Below, in pieces: positions 47,501-55,267 of a DNA stretch of 64,000 bases (within the stretch, counting starts at the first letter, position 1; every line of letters begins with the position of its first letter). Both the position numbers and the translations under genes were made by a program. Under the pieces are notes generated by a model. It made no database searches. It was not told the origin of the DNA and saw only the letters and a program-made list of their open reading frames with translations. The stretch is from a virus (lineage: Duplodnaviria > Caudoviricetes), in the IMG/VR virus record IMGVR_UViG_3300008116_000041, positions 828-64,827 of that record; one strand, given 5' to 3'.

Positions 47501-47765
47501 TTGATTGTTGAAGATATGACTTAGCAATGTAAGCCGCTTCATATTTAGGGATTTGAGTGTTCACAAATTTCTCAGGAGACGTAGGTCCAAAGAGAGCTTG
47601 GAACTGATCAAAACTTGTTATGAAAATTGGTTCGAAGGCTGGGCCGGTCAAGGTCTCCCCAACGATACCTAAAGTGGTTACCCCCACACTCTGAGCCACG
47701 AATGATAAATCAGTCTCTGTAGTGTAAACACCAGGTGATACGAATACTTTTTGTGCTGTTGCCAT
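44571..47765 (-). CDS. Contractile tail sheath protein (T4 gp18-like)
   Basis: VSPGVYTTETD N-terminus; WYASAGYTRG, RINPI, WGNKTL, LNVRRLL, LFEQND, EFIDIEF C-terminal motifs. Confidence 0.97.
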   Translation of the reverse strand: MATAQKVFVSPGVYTTETDLSFVAQSVGVTTLGIVGETLTGPAFEPIFITSFDQFQALFGPTSPEKFVNTQIPKYEAAYIAKSYLQQSNQLFVTRILGLSGYDAGPSWSFTTIANVNPNTIGTSGSSVDFVYSFSGNSGGTINLTQGTMPSIIWNNLDTPYTQNNGSTSSLRDDIEAQIMGIANASGSTSGSSLYVYGAIDTQDLIDLTGGTYTDVTNVFSVSDLDNSNIVFSAESNDEWYYATFDKPNTSQTGYSGYSFLNYVSTINGQGSATYATFSGAMSGSVYYYSGTSYSEYDNVVVATLRSRGISLYNATTAGPRYQVSGLTDLGLDISGSYSGLTSNPYSTFAITGTTYEGDNFSFETSFQSSDSEYITKVLSISNFSKSRLDVPVFVEEVYQTMLNWSYNNGYIRGINSEFVALPEARNGDLTSIANNLFQYQSPRTPWVVSELRGNKVYNLFKFVSISDGDAANTQVKISIMNMSFNNSTFDIMVRSFFDTDANPVVLEKYTNCTMDPNSNSFVAKKIGSSDGEYPLNSAYIMIELSEEYPIDALPCGFEGYTMRDYQGNTQSPIPIYKTAYNFPGQVIYNPPFGTTNGGSNVVTSSGDNVRRTFLGFSNTIGIDESFLQFKGFQNIANHCGTNAEIPFNYRTKGFHMDSGATVVTIANTFMTSGQTAFEVGDASFNSEPTSPENPYYRIFARKFTLCFAGGFDGWDIYRESRTNTDEYILGASGYLKGACPTSRYPSATGWGAFRDYAYGDNVSNWGSSDYYAYQLGITTFANPEATNINVFVTPGIDYVNNSGLVEYSVDMVEDDRADSIYICTTPDYDMFLPTTYDNVGLIYPTEAVNNLEETGIDSNYTATYYPWILTRDTVNNTQLYIPATGEVCRNLALTDNIAFPWYASAGYTRGLVNSIKARIKLTQENRDTLYQGRINPIATFSDVGTVIWGNKTLQVAESALDRLNVRRLLLQARKLISAVAVRLLFEQNDEIVRQQFLDSVNPIMDSIRRDRGVYDFRVTVSSSPEDLDRNTLTGKIYLKPTKSLEFIDIEFLITPAGATFENI

Positions 47766-47797
47766 TATTAAAAAGTTCTAGTTGAATTTATTTTATT

Positions 47798-47805
47798 CAT
47801 AAATA
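47798..47805 (-). promoter_or_regulatory. Putative late promoter motif TATTTATG
   Basis: 32 nt upstream of sheath ATG. Confidence 0.55.
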
Positions 47806-47883
47806 TTAAATTAAAGACAAAAATCTTTGTTCCCGCATATGTATTTGTAAATCAGGATATTTAATTCTGCCTTTTTTCTGCCC

Positions 47884-48057
47884 ATGAAAACAACGTCAAA
47901 AACAAAGAAAGAGATAAAGAACATCAAGATCTCTATTGAGTCCCACGAAAGGTTGAGAAAATACTGTGACAAGAGGGGTTTGAAAATCTATAAGTTCCTT
48001 GAAAATTTAATCATGGAAAAATGTAGAGAGAAAACCGATTTGTACGGGGAAGATTAG
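47884..48057 (+). CDS. Small ribbon-helix-helix-like DNA-binding protein (not in ORF track)
   Basis: 57 aa MKTTSKTKKEIKNIKISIESHERLRKYCDKRGLKIYKFLENLIMEKCREKTDLYGED; beta-alpha-G-alpha RHH pattern; fills the gap between sheath and gp15-like genes. Confidence 0.75.
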   Translation: MKTTSKTKKEIKNIKISIESHERLRKYCDKRGLKIYKFLENLIMEKCREKTDLYGED

Positions 48058-49094
48058 ACGAGACTTGCAATATAGAGTAAAGACGAAGGTGCCGAAGGAT
48101 CCACAGGAGTGATTTCAAAACGAACAACATCTCCTGAAGTTACCTGTATAGTGTAAACGTTTTGTCCATAGTAATAATCGTTCAGATAAACGTCCCAACT
48201 ATCAACATTTATATTACTACTATAATTGAAATTGGCGGTATAATTGTAAGTCTCGGTATAAGCACTTTCACCAACAGCGAAGTTGAATGTTAAAGGAAAC
48301 TCGGTTGCGTTTTCAGGATAAACTCTTTTAGGTCTCCTTCTTTTCGAATTACTTGTTTCTAATAACTGTACGGTCCTTGAGATTGCGGGTTTCACTTCGA
48401 ACTCCTCTTCATCAATCAAGAATCCCATCATAAGAAAATCATAACTTTGAATGTAATATTTTCTTTTGTCTAATTCTAAAACTGATTCATTAGAAACGTT
48501 CTGAAGAATTATTGGAACGTAGTGCCCTTTAACAAATGTGTATGCTTGACGAGAAGCAAATTTTTGCATTACAATCTTATTCAATTGATTCAATTCACGC
48601 ATTCTATTACACATGAACTTAAGGCTGTAAATTATATCGACAGGTACAGGTTGAGGTATTGTGTAGATATCCATACCCTTTCTTTGTCCGTCCCATGTTG
48701 GAACAGTTGCGAAATAATACTGTCTTCTGTTGGGGATATTGTAAATCAAAGCTGGGTTTGATCCATATTTTACATCAGGATTTCTTACCACAGTCATGAA
48801 AGGAACTTTAACGTTCTTATCTAAGTCAGAAAAATTCCAAGTCTCAGTAAACTGAGCCCAGTTCTGTGTTGTAATCATGATATCCACGACTGGCACAACT
48901 TTACCTGAAGTAACCGTTTCCAAATCGTTCTTCACAAAATCCAACATACCTCTATCTAAATCAGCATGAAGAACAGACTTAGGTAAGTAAGTTCCATCTC
49001 TTGTAATATAATCCAAGAGTTGTTCCCTACGAGCAAGTAACTCTTTCTGAGGAACTAAATCAATCTGTTTTTTTACTTGTTTAGGAAAAGGCAT
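48054..49094 (-). CDS. Tail terminator/sheath stabiliser (T4 gp15-like)
   Basis: IPQPVPVDIIYSLKF...MRELNQL motif; position between neck and sheath genes. Confidence 0.65.
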   Translation of the reverse strand: MPFPKQVKKQIDLVPQKELLARREQLLDYITRDGTYLPKSVLHADLDRGMLDFVKNDLETVTSGKVVPVVDIMITTQNWAQFTETWNFSDLDKNVKVPFMTVVRNPDVKYGSNPALIYNIPNRRQYYFATVPTWDGQRKGMDIYTIPQPVPVDIIYSLKFMCNRMRELNQLNKIVMQKFASRQAYTFVKGHYVPIILQNVSNESVLELDKRKYYIQSYDFLMMGFLIDEEEFEVKPAISRTVQLLETSNSKRRRPKRVYPENATEFPLTFNFAVGESAYTETYNYTANFNYSSNINVDSWDVYLNDYYYGQNVYTIQVTSGDVVRFEITPVDPSAPSSLLYIASLV

Positions 49095-49516
49095 TATGGT
49101 TCTAATAAATAAATTTTATTTGATCCATTCACCAAAGCAACTTGTGATGCTTGGTAAATTGGTTCTTGAGTTGATTTTATAACGAACGAATCATTTACAT
49201 AAGGGTTATACGAAATAACATCACCCCCATCTAAATTCGGAATTTCTTCACAAGGATATTCACAATAATCCTCCAACGTACCGATTACAAACGCGTGAAC
49301 GTTTTTGGATTTCTCTTTTCTAACTTTTTCTTTCCCACCCTTTCTAACACGAAACTCAACATCTGATAGAACCACAAAATCTGCGTGTAGAACTACGAGA
49401 CCACTTTTCTGAATTGAGAAAGTATGTTTGTGTAGATTATAATACACCATTACCTTCTGACCCAAAAGGTTATCACGTAACAAAGATTCTTGTGATTCAG
49501 ATATTAAATAAATCAT
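49094..49516 (-). CDS. Conserved-looking phage hypothetical protein
   Basis: 140 aa; VYYNLHKHTFS...KNVHAFVIG...YNPY motifs; N-terminal LISESQ leader. Confidence 0.7.
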   Translation of the reverse strand: MIYLISESQESLLRDNLLGQKVMVYYNLHKHTFSIQKSGLVVLHADFVVLSDVEFRVRKGGKEKVRKEKSKNVHAFVIGTLEDYCEYPCEEIPNLDGGDVISYNPYVNDSFVIKSTQEPIYQASQVALVNGSNKIYLLEP

Positions 49517-50025
49517 ATTCCTCTAAATTCATTATCATTTACGTAAGTGGCAAGTATCGTCCTGTAGAACGGTTTATAACCACCATAAGTGTGTTTATTA
49601 TCTGAATTAACCCTCCCATCATCAACCACACTATAATATCTAACACGGCTTTCAGTTTCATAATAACCTATGTAATCTCCAAAGTCGATTGAAATTTCAA
49701 GGTCGTCCAACGTTTGTTGATAAACAGAAACCTGAAGGTTTCCTGGCTCTGATTGGTTAATTCTTGATCCACCAAGCATTTGATTGGTAGGAGGTAGTAT
49801 TTTCACATAACCCTTAAACTCTACAGGTGGTAAAAATTGAATTCCGTCCTCGAGAGCCTCTCCATAAACATCATCAGTCTTAGTCTTTTTCTTATCTACC
49901 TTGTATAAAACTAATGTGAAATTCAAATCACCCTCAAGCCATTCTTCACCCATGCCAATATCAAGGGCAAAATCTTCCCCACCGAAAAACTTACCTAACC
50001 TTGTTATTGGGACCTGTCTATCCAT
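49513..50025 (-). CDS. Neck/head-closure protein (T4 gp14-like)
   Basis: LYKVD...DDVYGEA...FLPPVE and GDYIGY motifs; context. Confidence 0.7.
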   Translation of the reverse strand: MDRQVPITRLGKFFGGEDFALDIGMGEEWLEGDLNFTLVLYKVDKKKTKTDDVYGEALEDGIQFLPPVEFKGYVKILPPTNQMLGGSRINQSEPGNLQVSVYQQTLDDLEISIDFGDYIGYYETESRVRYYSVVDDGRVNSDNKHTYGGYKPFYRTILATYVNDNEFRGI

Positions 50026-50030
50026 ATGTT

Positions 50031-50038
50031 GATAAATA
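50031..50038 (-). promoter_or_regulatory. Putative late promoter motif TATTTATC
   Basis: 5 nt upstream of ATG 50025. Confidence 0.55.
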
Positions 50039-50051
50039 CATCGGAAAGAAT

Positions 50052-50059
50052 TATATTTG
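50052..50059 (+). promoter_or_regulatory. Bacteroidota-type -7 element TATATTTG for SET-SNF2 operon
   Basis: TAnnTTTG match, GTTG 20 nt upstream, 14 nt before ATG 50074. Confidence 0.6.
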
Positions 50060-50073
50060 TCTTAAAAATTGTT

Positions 50074-50472
50074 ATGAGAATAAACCCACCCACCAAAATA
50101 TATTTGGATAAAAGTCCAATACACGGGATAGGTGTGTTCGCCAGCAATAAAATCAAAATATGGGAAGTGATCGAAATCTGTCCCATTGTTGACATCAACT
50201 TGAAAGACTCTGATCCATCACGTATTCTAATAGATTATAGATTTAACTGGCCTCAAGGTGGAAACCCTGAGAAACAAGTAGTTTCTGGTGGTTATGGTAT
50301 GTTTTATAATCATAGCGAAAAAGCAAGTGCCGCTTGGAGATCTAACAAAGAAAATAACACCTTTGAGTTCTACGCATTGAGAGAGATCGAAAAAGGGGAA
50401 GAGATTTTGGTTTACTACGGGTCCGAAGAATATTGGGACATGATAAAAAGAGTTAAGGAAGAGAACCGATGA
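50074..50472 (+). CDS. SET-domain protein-lysine methyltransferase (vSET-like)
   Basis: KSPIHGIGVFA, GYGMFYNHS, EIEKGEEILVYYG..EYW motifs; start moved to ATG 50074 (ORF track 50026). Confidence 0.9.
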   Translation: MRINPPTKIYLDKSPIHGIGVFASNKIKIWEVIEICPIVDINLKDSDPSRILIDYRFNWPQGGNPEKQVVSGGYGMFYNHSEKASAAWRSNKENNTFEFYALREIEKGEEILVYYGSEEYWDMIKRVKEENR

Positions 50473-52223
50473 GTGACATATCAATAGAATCTAAAGCACT
50501 TTCAATTTTGGAAACCTACGAAGGTTCCAACAATTATATTCAGGAACTCAAACGTAAATTCCAACTCAACAAAAAGTTCTATCCAACAAGAAGTCAATCA
50601 GAATACATTATCAATAACCACGATAAACAACCTAAAGTTGCAAAGAAGTGGGCAATGTTAGACACCTATTTCGCACAGAAACTAGCTAACGATAAACTTT
50701 ATACTCAAATACCTGAAAAAGTTTGGGTTGAAAAACTATTGGCCGAAAAAGATAAAGCGTACCATATTTGGGGTAAAGTTTTTGAATCGGAATCTCTCCA
50801 TGAATTTTGGTTACCAAAAGCGGCTGTGATCAAAGACCACACCGTAAAAGACGTTAATATCAACTATGAAAAATATTCTAACAGACCACCACTCAACCAT
50901 CAGAAAGAAGCTATCCAAAAGTTGGTTGAAAATAAACGTTATGTTTTGGCGGATGATATGGGTCTTGGCAAGACTACGTCTACCATTATAGCGGCTCTCG
51001 AATCAGGTGCAAAGAAAATTCTGATTATTTGTCCAGCCTCTTTGAAGATTAACTGGCAAAGAGAAATAGAAAATTACACACAAAGATCGGTATACATTTC
51101 CGAAGGTAAGAACTTCAGTACGGAACACGACTTTGTTATCATAAACTATGACATTATAAAAAATTTCCATGACCCTAAAAAGAAAGATGATTCGCAGATT
51201 CTTAGAGCCGGTTTTGATTTGGTGGTTATTGACGAAGCACACTATATTAAAAATCCTCAAGCCCAAAGGACCAAACTCATCAACGACTTTGTAAAAAGAG
51301 TTGATAGACTTTGGTTATTGACTGGTACTCCCATGACTTCAAGACCCATAGATTATTATAATCTCTTGAACCTCGTGGATTCTCCTGTTGCCAAAAATTG
51401 GATGGCGTATGTTATCCGATATTGTGAGGGGTATCAGTTCAAAGTTGGTGCTAGAAAAGTTTGGAACGTTATGGGTGCGTCCAATCTTGAGGAACTCAGA
51501 GACAGGACATCCAACATGGTCCTAAGAAGGTTGAAAGAAAATGTGTTGGATCTACCTGACAAAATTATTACCCCAGTTTACCTTAGACTGAAATCCAAAA
51601 AATATGAGGAAGTTATGGGTGACTATTACAATTGGTACGAAAAAAATCCTGATGAAAGTAAATCACTAACAGTACAGTTCACCAAACTAACTGAGGTAAG
51701 ACAAGTGATTGCAAATGAGAAAGTCTTGAATACTATTGAATTAGCGGAAAACATCATAGAACAAGGTAAAAAGGTTATTATATTTTGTAACTTCACAAAC
51801 TCATTAGAACAGATTGTACAACACTTCGGGAAAGCGGCTGTTAGATTAGATGGATCAATGTCAAAACCCGACAGACAAAATAGTGTAGATAAATTCCAAA
51901 ATGATGATAAAGTAAAAGTGTTCGTTGGTAATATAAAAGCCGCTGGGGTGGGAATTACCCTGACTGCCGCTGAAGCTGTTATCATGAACGATTTATCATT
52001 TTTACCGTCCGACCACTCTCAGGCGGAAGACAGAGCATATAGATACGGACAAAAAAACAATGTACTAGTTTACTATCCAATATTTGAAAATACCATAGAA
52101 GGTATCATTTACGACATACTCAATAAGAAAAAACAAGTTATTGCTACGGTGATGGGTGATGTAAAGAATGATGTAGATATAGTAGAAGAAATTATGAAAC
52201 AAATTAACCAACGTAGACAATAA
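50469..52223 (+). CDS. SNF2-family helicase/translocase (SMARCAL1-like)
   Basis: LADDMGLGKT, CPASL, DEAH, TGTP, GVGITLT, QAEDRAYRYGQ motifs. Confidence 0.92.
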   Translation: MSDISIESKALSILETYEGSNNYIQELKRKFQLNKKFYPTRSQSEYIINNHDKQPKVAKKWAMLDTYFAQKLANDKLYTQIPEKVWVEKLLAEKDKAYHIWGKVFESESLHEFWLPKAAVIKDHTVKDVNINYEKYSNRPPLNHQKEAIQKLVENKRYVLADDMGLGKTTSTIIAALESGAKKILIICPASLKINWQREIENYTQRSVYISEGKNFSTEHDFVIINYDIIKNFHDPKKKDDSQILRAGFDLVVIDEAHYIKNPQAQRTKLINDFVKRVDRLWLLTGTPMTSRPIDYYNLLNLVDSPVAKNWMAYVIRYCEGYQFKVGARKVWNVMGASNLEELRDRTSNMVLRRLKENVLDLPDKIITPVYLRLKSKKYEEVMGDYYNWYEKNPDESKSLTVQFTKLTEVRQVIANEKVLNTIELAENIIEQGKKVIIFCNFTNSLEQIVQHFGKAAVRLDGSMSKPDRQNSVDKFQNDDKVKVFVGNIKAAGVGITLTAAEAVIMNDLSFLPSDHSQAEDRAYRYGQKNNVLVYYPIFENTIEGIIYDILNKKKQVIATVMGDVKNDVDIVEEIMKQINQRRQ

Positions 52224-52232
52224 CGAACTTAC

Positions 52233-52253
52233 GGATTATTTATAGAATAATCC
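52233..52253 (+). promoter_or_regulatory. Hairpin containing late motif TATTTATA (52237-52244) upstream of SOD fusion gene
   Basis: GGATTATT-TATAG-AATAATCC perfect inverted repeat ending 6 nt before ATG 52260. Confidence 0.6.
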
Positions 52254-52259
52254 ATTTAT

Positions 52260-53792
52260 ATGAATAAACTAGAACAGAAGATTGAACAACTTGAAAAACA
52301 AATTACAGAAACACACATTCAAGAAGAAACCAAGTTGTTAATCACAGAAATGAAAAAAATAGGAATAGAAAAATTACCCTATTCTTACTCAGCCCTCAAA
52401 GGATTCATCGACGCAGAAACGATGAACTTCCACTACAACAAACATTACAAAGGCTATGTTGATAAACTAAACGACGCACTTTCTAAGAAAAAATACGGCG
52501 ATCTCGATTTGGAGAAGATAATAAAATCGATATCAAAGTATGACAAAACAATAAGAAACAACGCAGGTGGTGCATTCAATCACGCATTGTTTTGGAATAT
52601 GTTATCCCCAAAACCAATGAAACTAAAAGGGGAACTCGAAGAGAAAATCAAAAAACAATATAAAAATTTCAACAACTTCAAAAAAGAGTTTGAAACAATA
52701 GCCAAAGAAAGATTCGGATCAGGTTGGGTTTGGTTGGTATTAACGAGTCAAAACAAGTTGAAGATAATGTCAACTCCTAATCAGGACAACCCGCTGATGA
52801 ATGTAATTGAAGGTGGGGGTTTTCCTTTATTGGGTCTTGATCTGTGGGAACACGCTTATTATTTGAAATACAGAAACAAAAGAGACGAGTACATTGCAAA
52901 TTTTTGGAAAGTGGTAAATTGGGACTTTGTTTCAAAAATGTATGAGATGAAGACGGAAACAAAATTAGCTGAGTCTATAAAATTCAAACAGATTTTATCT
53001 GAAGGAAAATCAGAGAAGTGTTCTAGTGAGTTTGTTGAAGCTGTGAGAGTAATGTTTAATGTAAACAAAAAGATAAAATACGAATACAGTGCTAATATCA
53101 ACAACGTATTAAGAGAGGTATTCAGAGAAAATTGGGCCGAAAGGGACAATCAAGGAAACATGGCCGGTGTTTATAATTTGGAATCACCAGGTAGATCTGT
53201 TGTAAATAAACTAAACACCAACTACAACGCTTTTTGTATATTGGTTAACGATATAAATAAGGTGATCAAATCTATTGATCCGAAAAAGCCGTTGATAGAT
53301 TTTGTTGGTAAGACGCCAGGCGAACAACTTGCAGAAATAACAAGATTCAACAAGGCAATAGACCATTTTAAATTCAGAATATTTGACAAGGAAAGTTCTA
53401 CATTCCAAAACTTAATGAGAACATTGATTGATACTGACTCAGCAGGAGAAAAAAGGGAAGAAATTACAGTTGCAATCATCAATAGATTTTTGGGAGCGGG
53501 ATCCGCAGTTAAAACTGGTGGGTTGGGAGACGAAGAAGATATGACAAAGGGTATCGACGCAAAAATCACCGTAGACGGAAAAGAATACACCGCACAAATC
53601 AAGGGGTTCAAAGATAGAATAGAAAAAGGTGATAAGATAATTCTTACAGGTACAGGTAATGTCAAACAATATTCAACAGATTGGATGATTTTCCAAAAAG
53701 GAAAGAATGTTCTCATATTCAATAAAAAACCAAATATCATCGGTGGAAACTTCGTGTTTCCTAAAGACGCTTTGTTGTACGATATAAAATAA
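52260..53792 (+). CDS. sodA: Mn/Fe superoxide dismutase fused to C-terminal PD-(D/E)XK-like domain
   Basis: LPYSYSAL, HYNKHYKGY, NAGGAFNHALFW, FGSGWVWL, NQD, DLWEHAYY; C-terminal half has GEKRE...D..KGID...AQIK. Confidence 0.85.
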   Translation: MNKLEQKIEQLEKQITETHIQEETKLLITEMKKIGIEKLPYSYSALKGFIDAETMNFHYNKHYKGYVDKLNDALSKKKYGDLDLEKIIKSISKYDKTIRNNAGGAFNHALFWNMLSPKPMKLKGELEEKIKKQYKNFNNFKKEFETIAKERFGSGWVWLVLTSQNKLKIMSTPNQDNPLMNVIEGGGFPLLGLDLWEHAYYLKYRNKRDEYIANFWKVVNWDFVSKMYEMKTETKLAESIKFKQILSEGKSEKCSSEFVEAVRVMFNVNKKIKYEYSANINNVLREVFRENWAERDNQGNMAGVYNLESPGRSVVNKLNTNYNAFCILVNDINKVIKSIDPKKPLIDFVGKTPGEQLAEITRFNKAIDHFKFRIFDKESSTFQNLMRTLIDTDSAGEKREEITVAIINRFLGAGSAVKTGGLGDEEDMTKGIDAKITVDGKEYTAQIKGFKDRIEKGDKIILTGTGNVKQYSTDWMIFQKGKNVLIFNKKPNIIGGNFVFPKDALLYDIK

Positions 53793-53803
53793 CTTTTAGA
53801 AAG

Positions 53804-53811
53804 TATTTATA
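53804..53811 (+). promoter_or_regulatory. Putative late promoter motif TATTTATA
   Basis: 5 nt upstream of ATG 53817; plus-strand orientation follows the plus-strand gene. Confidence 0.6.
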
Positions 53812-53816
53812 TTATT

Positions 53817-54929
53817 ATGGCAGTAATCGGAGAACCAGAAAGAGGTCGAATTTATACACGTATCAAACATCAGTTAGGTGCCCCTCTACGTTCGGTAGAA
53901 TTGGAGGATGAAATGATGGATTCTTTGATGGAACTATCAATTCAAGATTATACACAATACACTTTAGATTGGTTGATCGAGTCACAATGGGTTAACTTAG
54001 TTAACTTAAATATGGATGAGAAATCTGTTGCCAAAGCATTGGTAACAAGAACAATGGATTTTGAAAACCAATTCACGTACGCATATTCAAAGATTGTTGG
54101 TCTTCAAACATCGGGTCCATGGGTTCTCAAAAAAGATTACATTACCCTTTCCGCAAATACACAACTTTATGAAATACCTGCAGGTCGTGAGGTAAACGAG
54201 GTTTTATGGTTTACACCATCAGAGATGACATCAGGATTATTTAATCCGTGGGGTGGTGGATTTGCAGGAGCACCTGGTTTAGGTGGTGGAGCTGGCTATG
54301 CACAAATGGGATATCAAGGTTCATACCTTATGACATCTGGATTCGACATGTTATTACGATTACAAGAAGTTAACATATTGAACCGTATCTATGGTGGAGA
54401 TCTAACATATAGAATAACAGGTTTACCTGATGGAAAAAAATTACTTCAACTTTATAATGTACCAGGAGGTAGGTTTGATTGGGGTACAATCGGGTATAAT
54501 CAATACCGTGTATGGTATTGGTACTATGAAGTTGGTCCTGAAGATAGGGACGCTTGTTTGAAAGCAAACCCCGATATAATAAAACTTCCCTCAGATGTTC
54601 CTTTGGAAACATTAGAATGGGAAGACCTTAACGTACCTGCACAACAATGGGTTAGAAGATGGTTTACCGCATACTGTAAAGAAACTTTAGCGAGAGTTAG
54701 AGGAAAATACAGCGGTAATCTAAAAACGCCGGACTCTGAAATTACTATGGACTATCAAAGTCTATTAACAGAGGCGAAAGATGAAAAATCTAAACTTGAA
54801 GAAGAATTAAAACTTAGATTAGAACGCTTACGTCCTGAAAAGGTAATGGAAAAAGAAGCCTTGTTGGCAGAAAATCTGAACAAACAAATGAAGTTCAGAG
54901 CGTTTCCAAGACAAATATACGTAGTCTAA
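53817..54929 (+). CDS. Neck protein (T4 gp13-like head-tail adaptor)
   Basis: IKHQLGAPLRSVELED N-terminus; WVRRWFTAYCKETLARVRGKY...LLTEAKDEKSKLEEEL C-terminus. Confidence 0.85.
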   Translation: MAVIGEPERGRIYTRIKHQLGAPLRSVELEDEMMDSLMELSIQDYTQYTLDWLIESQWVNLVNLNMDEKSVAKALVTRTMDFENQFTYAYSKIVGLQTSGPWVLKKDYITLSANTQLYEIPAGREVNEVLWFTPSEMTSGLFNPWGGGFAGAPGLGGGAGYAQMGYQGSYLMTSGFDMLLRLQEVNILNRIYGGDLTYRITGLPDGKKLLQLYNVPGGRFDWGTIGYNQYRVWYWYYEVGPEDRDACLKANPDIIKLPSDVPLETLEWEDLNVPAQQWVRRWFTAYCKETLARVRGKYSGNLKTPDSEITMDYQSLLTEAKDEKSKLEEELKLRLERLRPEKVMEKEALLAENLNKQMKFRAFPRQIYVV

Positions 54930-55267
54930 TGTCAATTATTAAATCACTCCCGTCTCAGAGATTATTCGAGGGAAAAATTATTGAGACCTCAGAAATTTCA
55001 TTAGTTAATAATGAGGATTATTACATCACTAATGGTGAAGATTGTATTATCGTAAGAGGTGACAAATCTACAACAGTAAAATTACAAAGTACTACTACTG
55101 ATCATGTGGTTGTTAAAGCCTTGACACACTTAATCATCCTTCCTGATGTAGGAAAGATTGATGAAGAGTTTGACGAAATCACATGTGATAGAGGTGCCTG
55201 TATCGAGTTCAGATATTGTAACGGTAATTGGTATATCTTATCATCAGACGGTCTGAAGCAATCCTAA
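54929..55267 (+). CDS. Small fibre-domain-like virion protein
   Basis: 112 aa; YYIT..EDCIIV...TVKL...VVVKA...IEF...GNWYI pattern recalls tail-fibre repeat modules; coupled to gp13-like gene. Confidence 0.5.
   Translation: MSIIKSLPSQRLFEGKIIETSEISLVNNEDYYITNGEDCIIVRGDKSTTVKLQSTTTDHVVVKALTHLIILPDVGKIDEEFDEITCDRGACIEFRYCNGNWYILSSDGLKQS

Noticed and set aside
17697-47765. Bacterial extracellular contractile injection system or T6SS locus
   Set aside because: Neck proteins, DNA polymerase, helicase, SSB and RNR are interleaved, indicating a phage genome.
50026-50073. ORF-track N-terminal extension of the SET gene
   Set aside because: It overlaps the divergent promoter elements; ATG 50074 fits the promoter and the SET domain start better.
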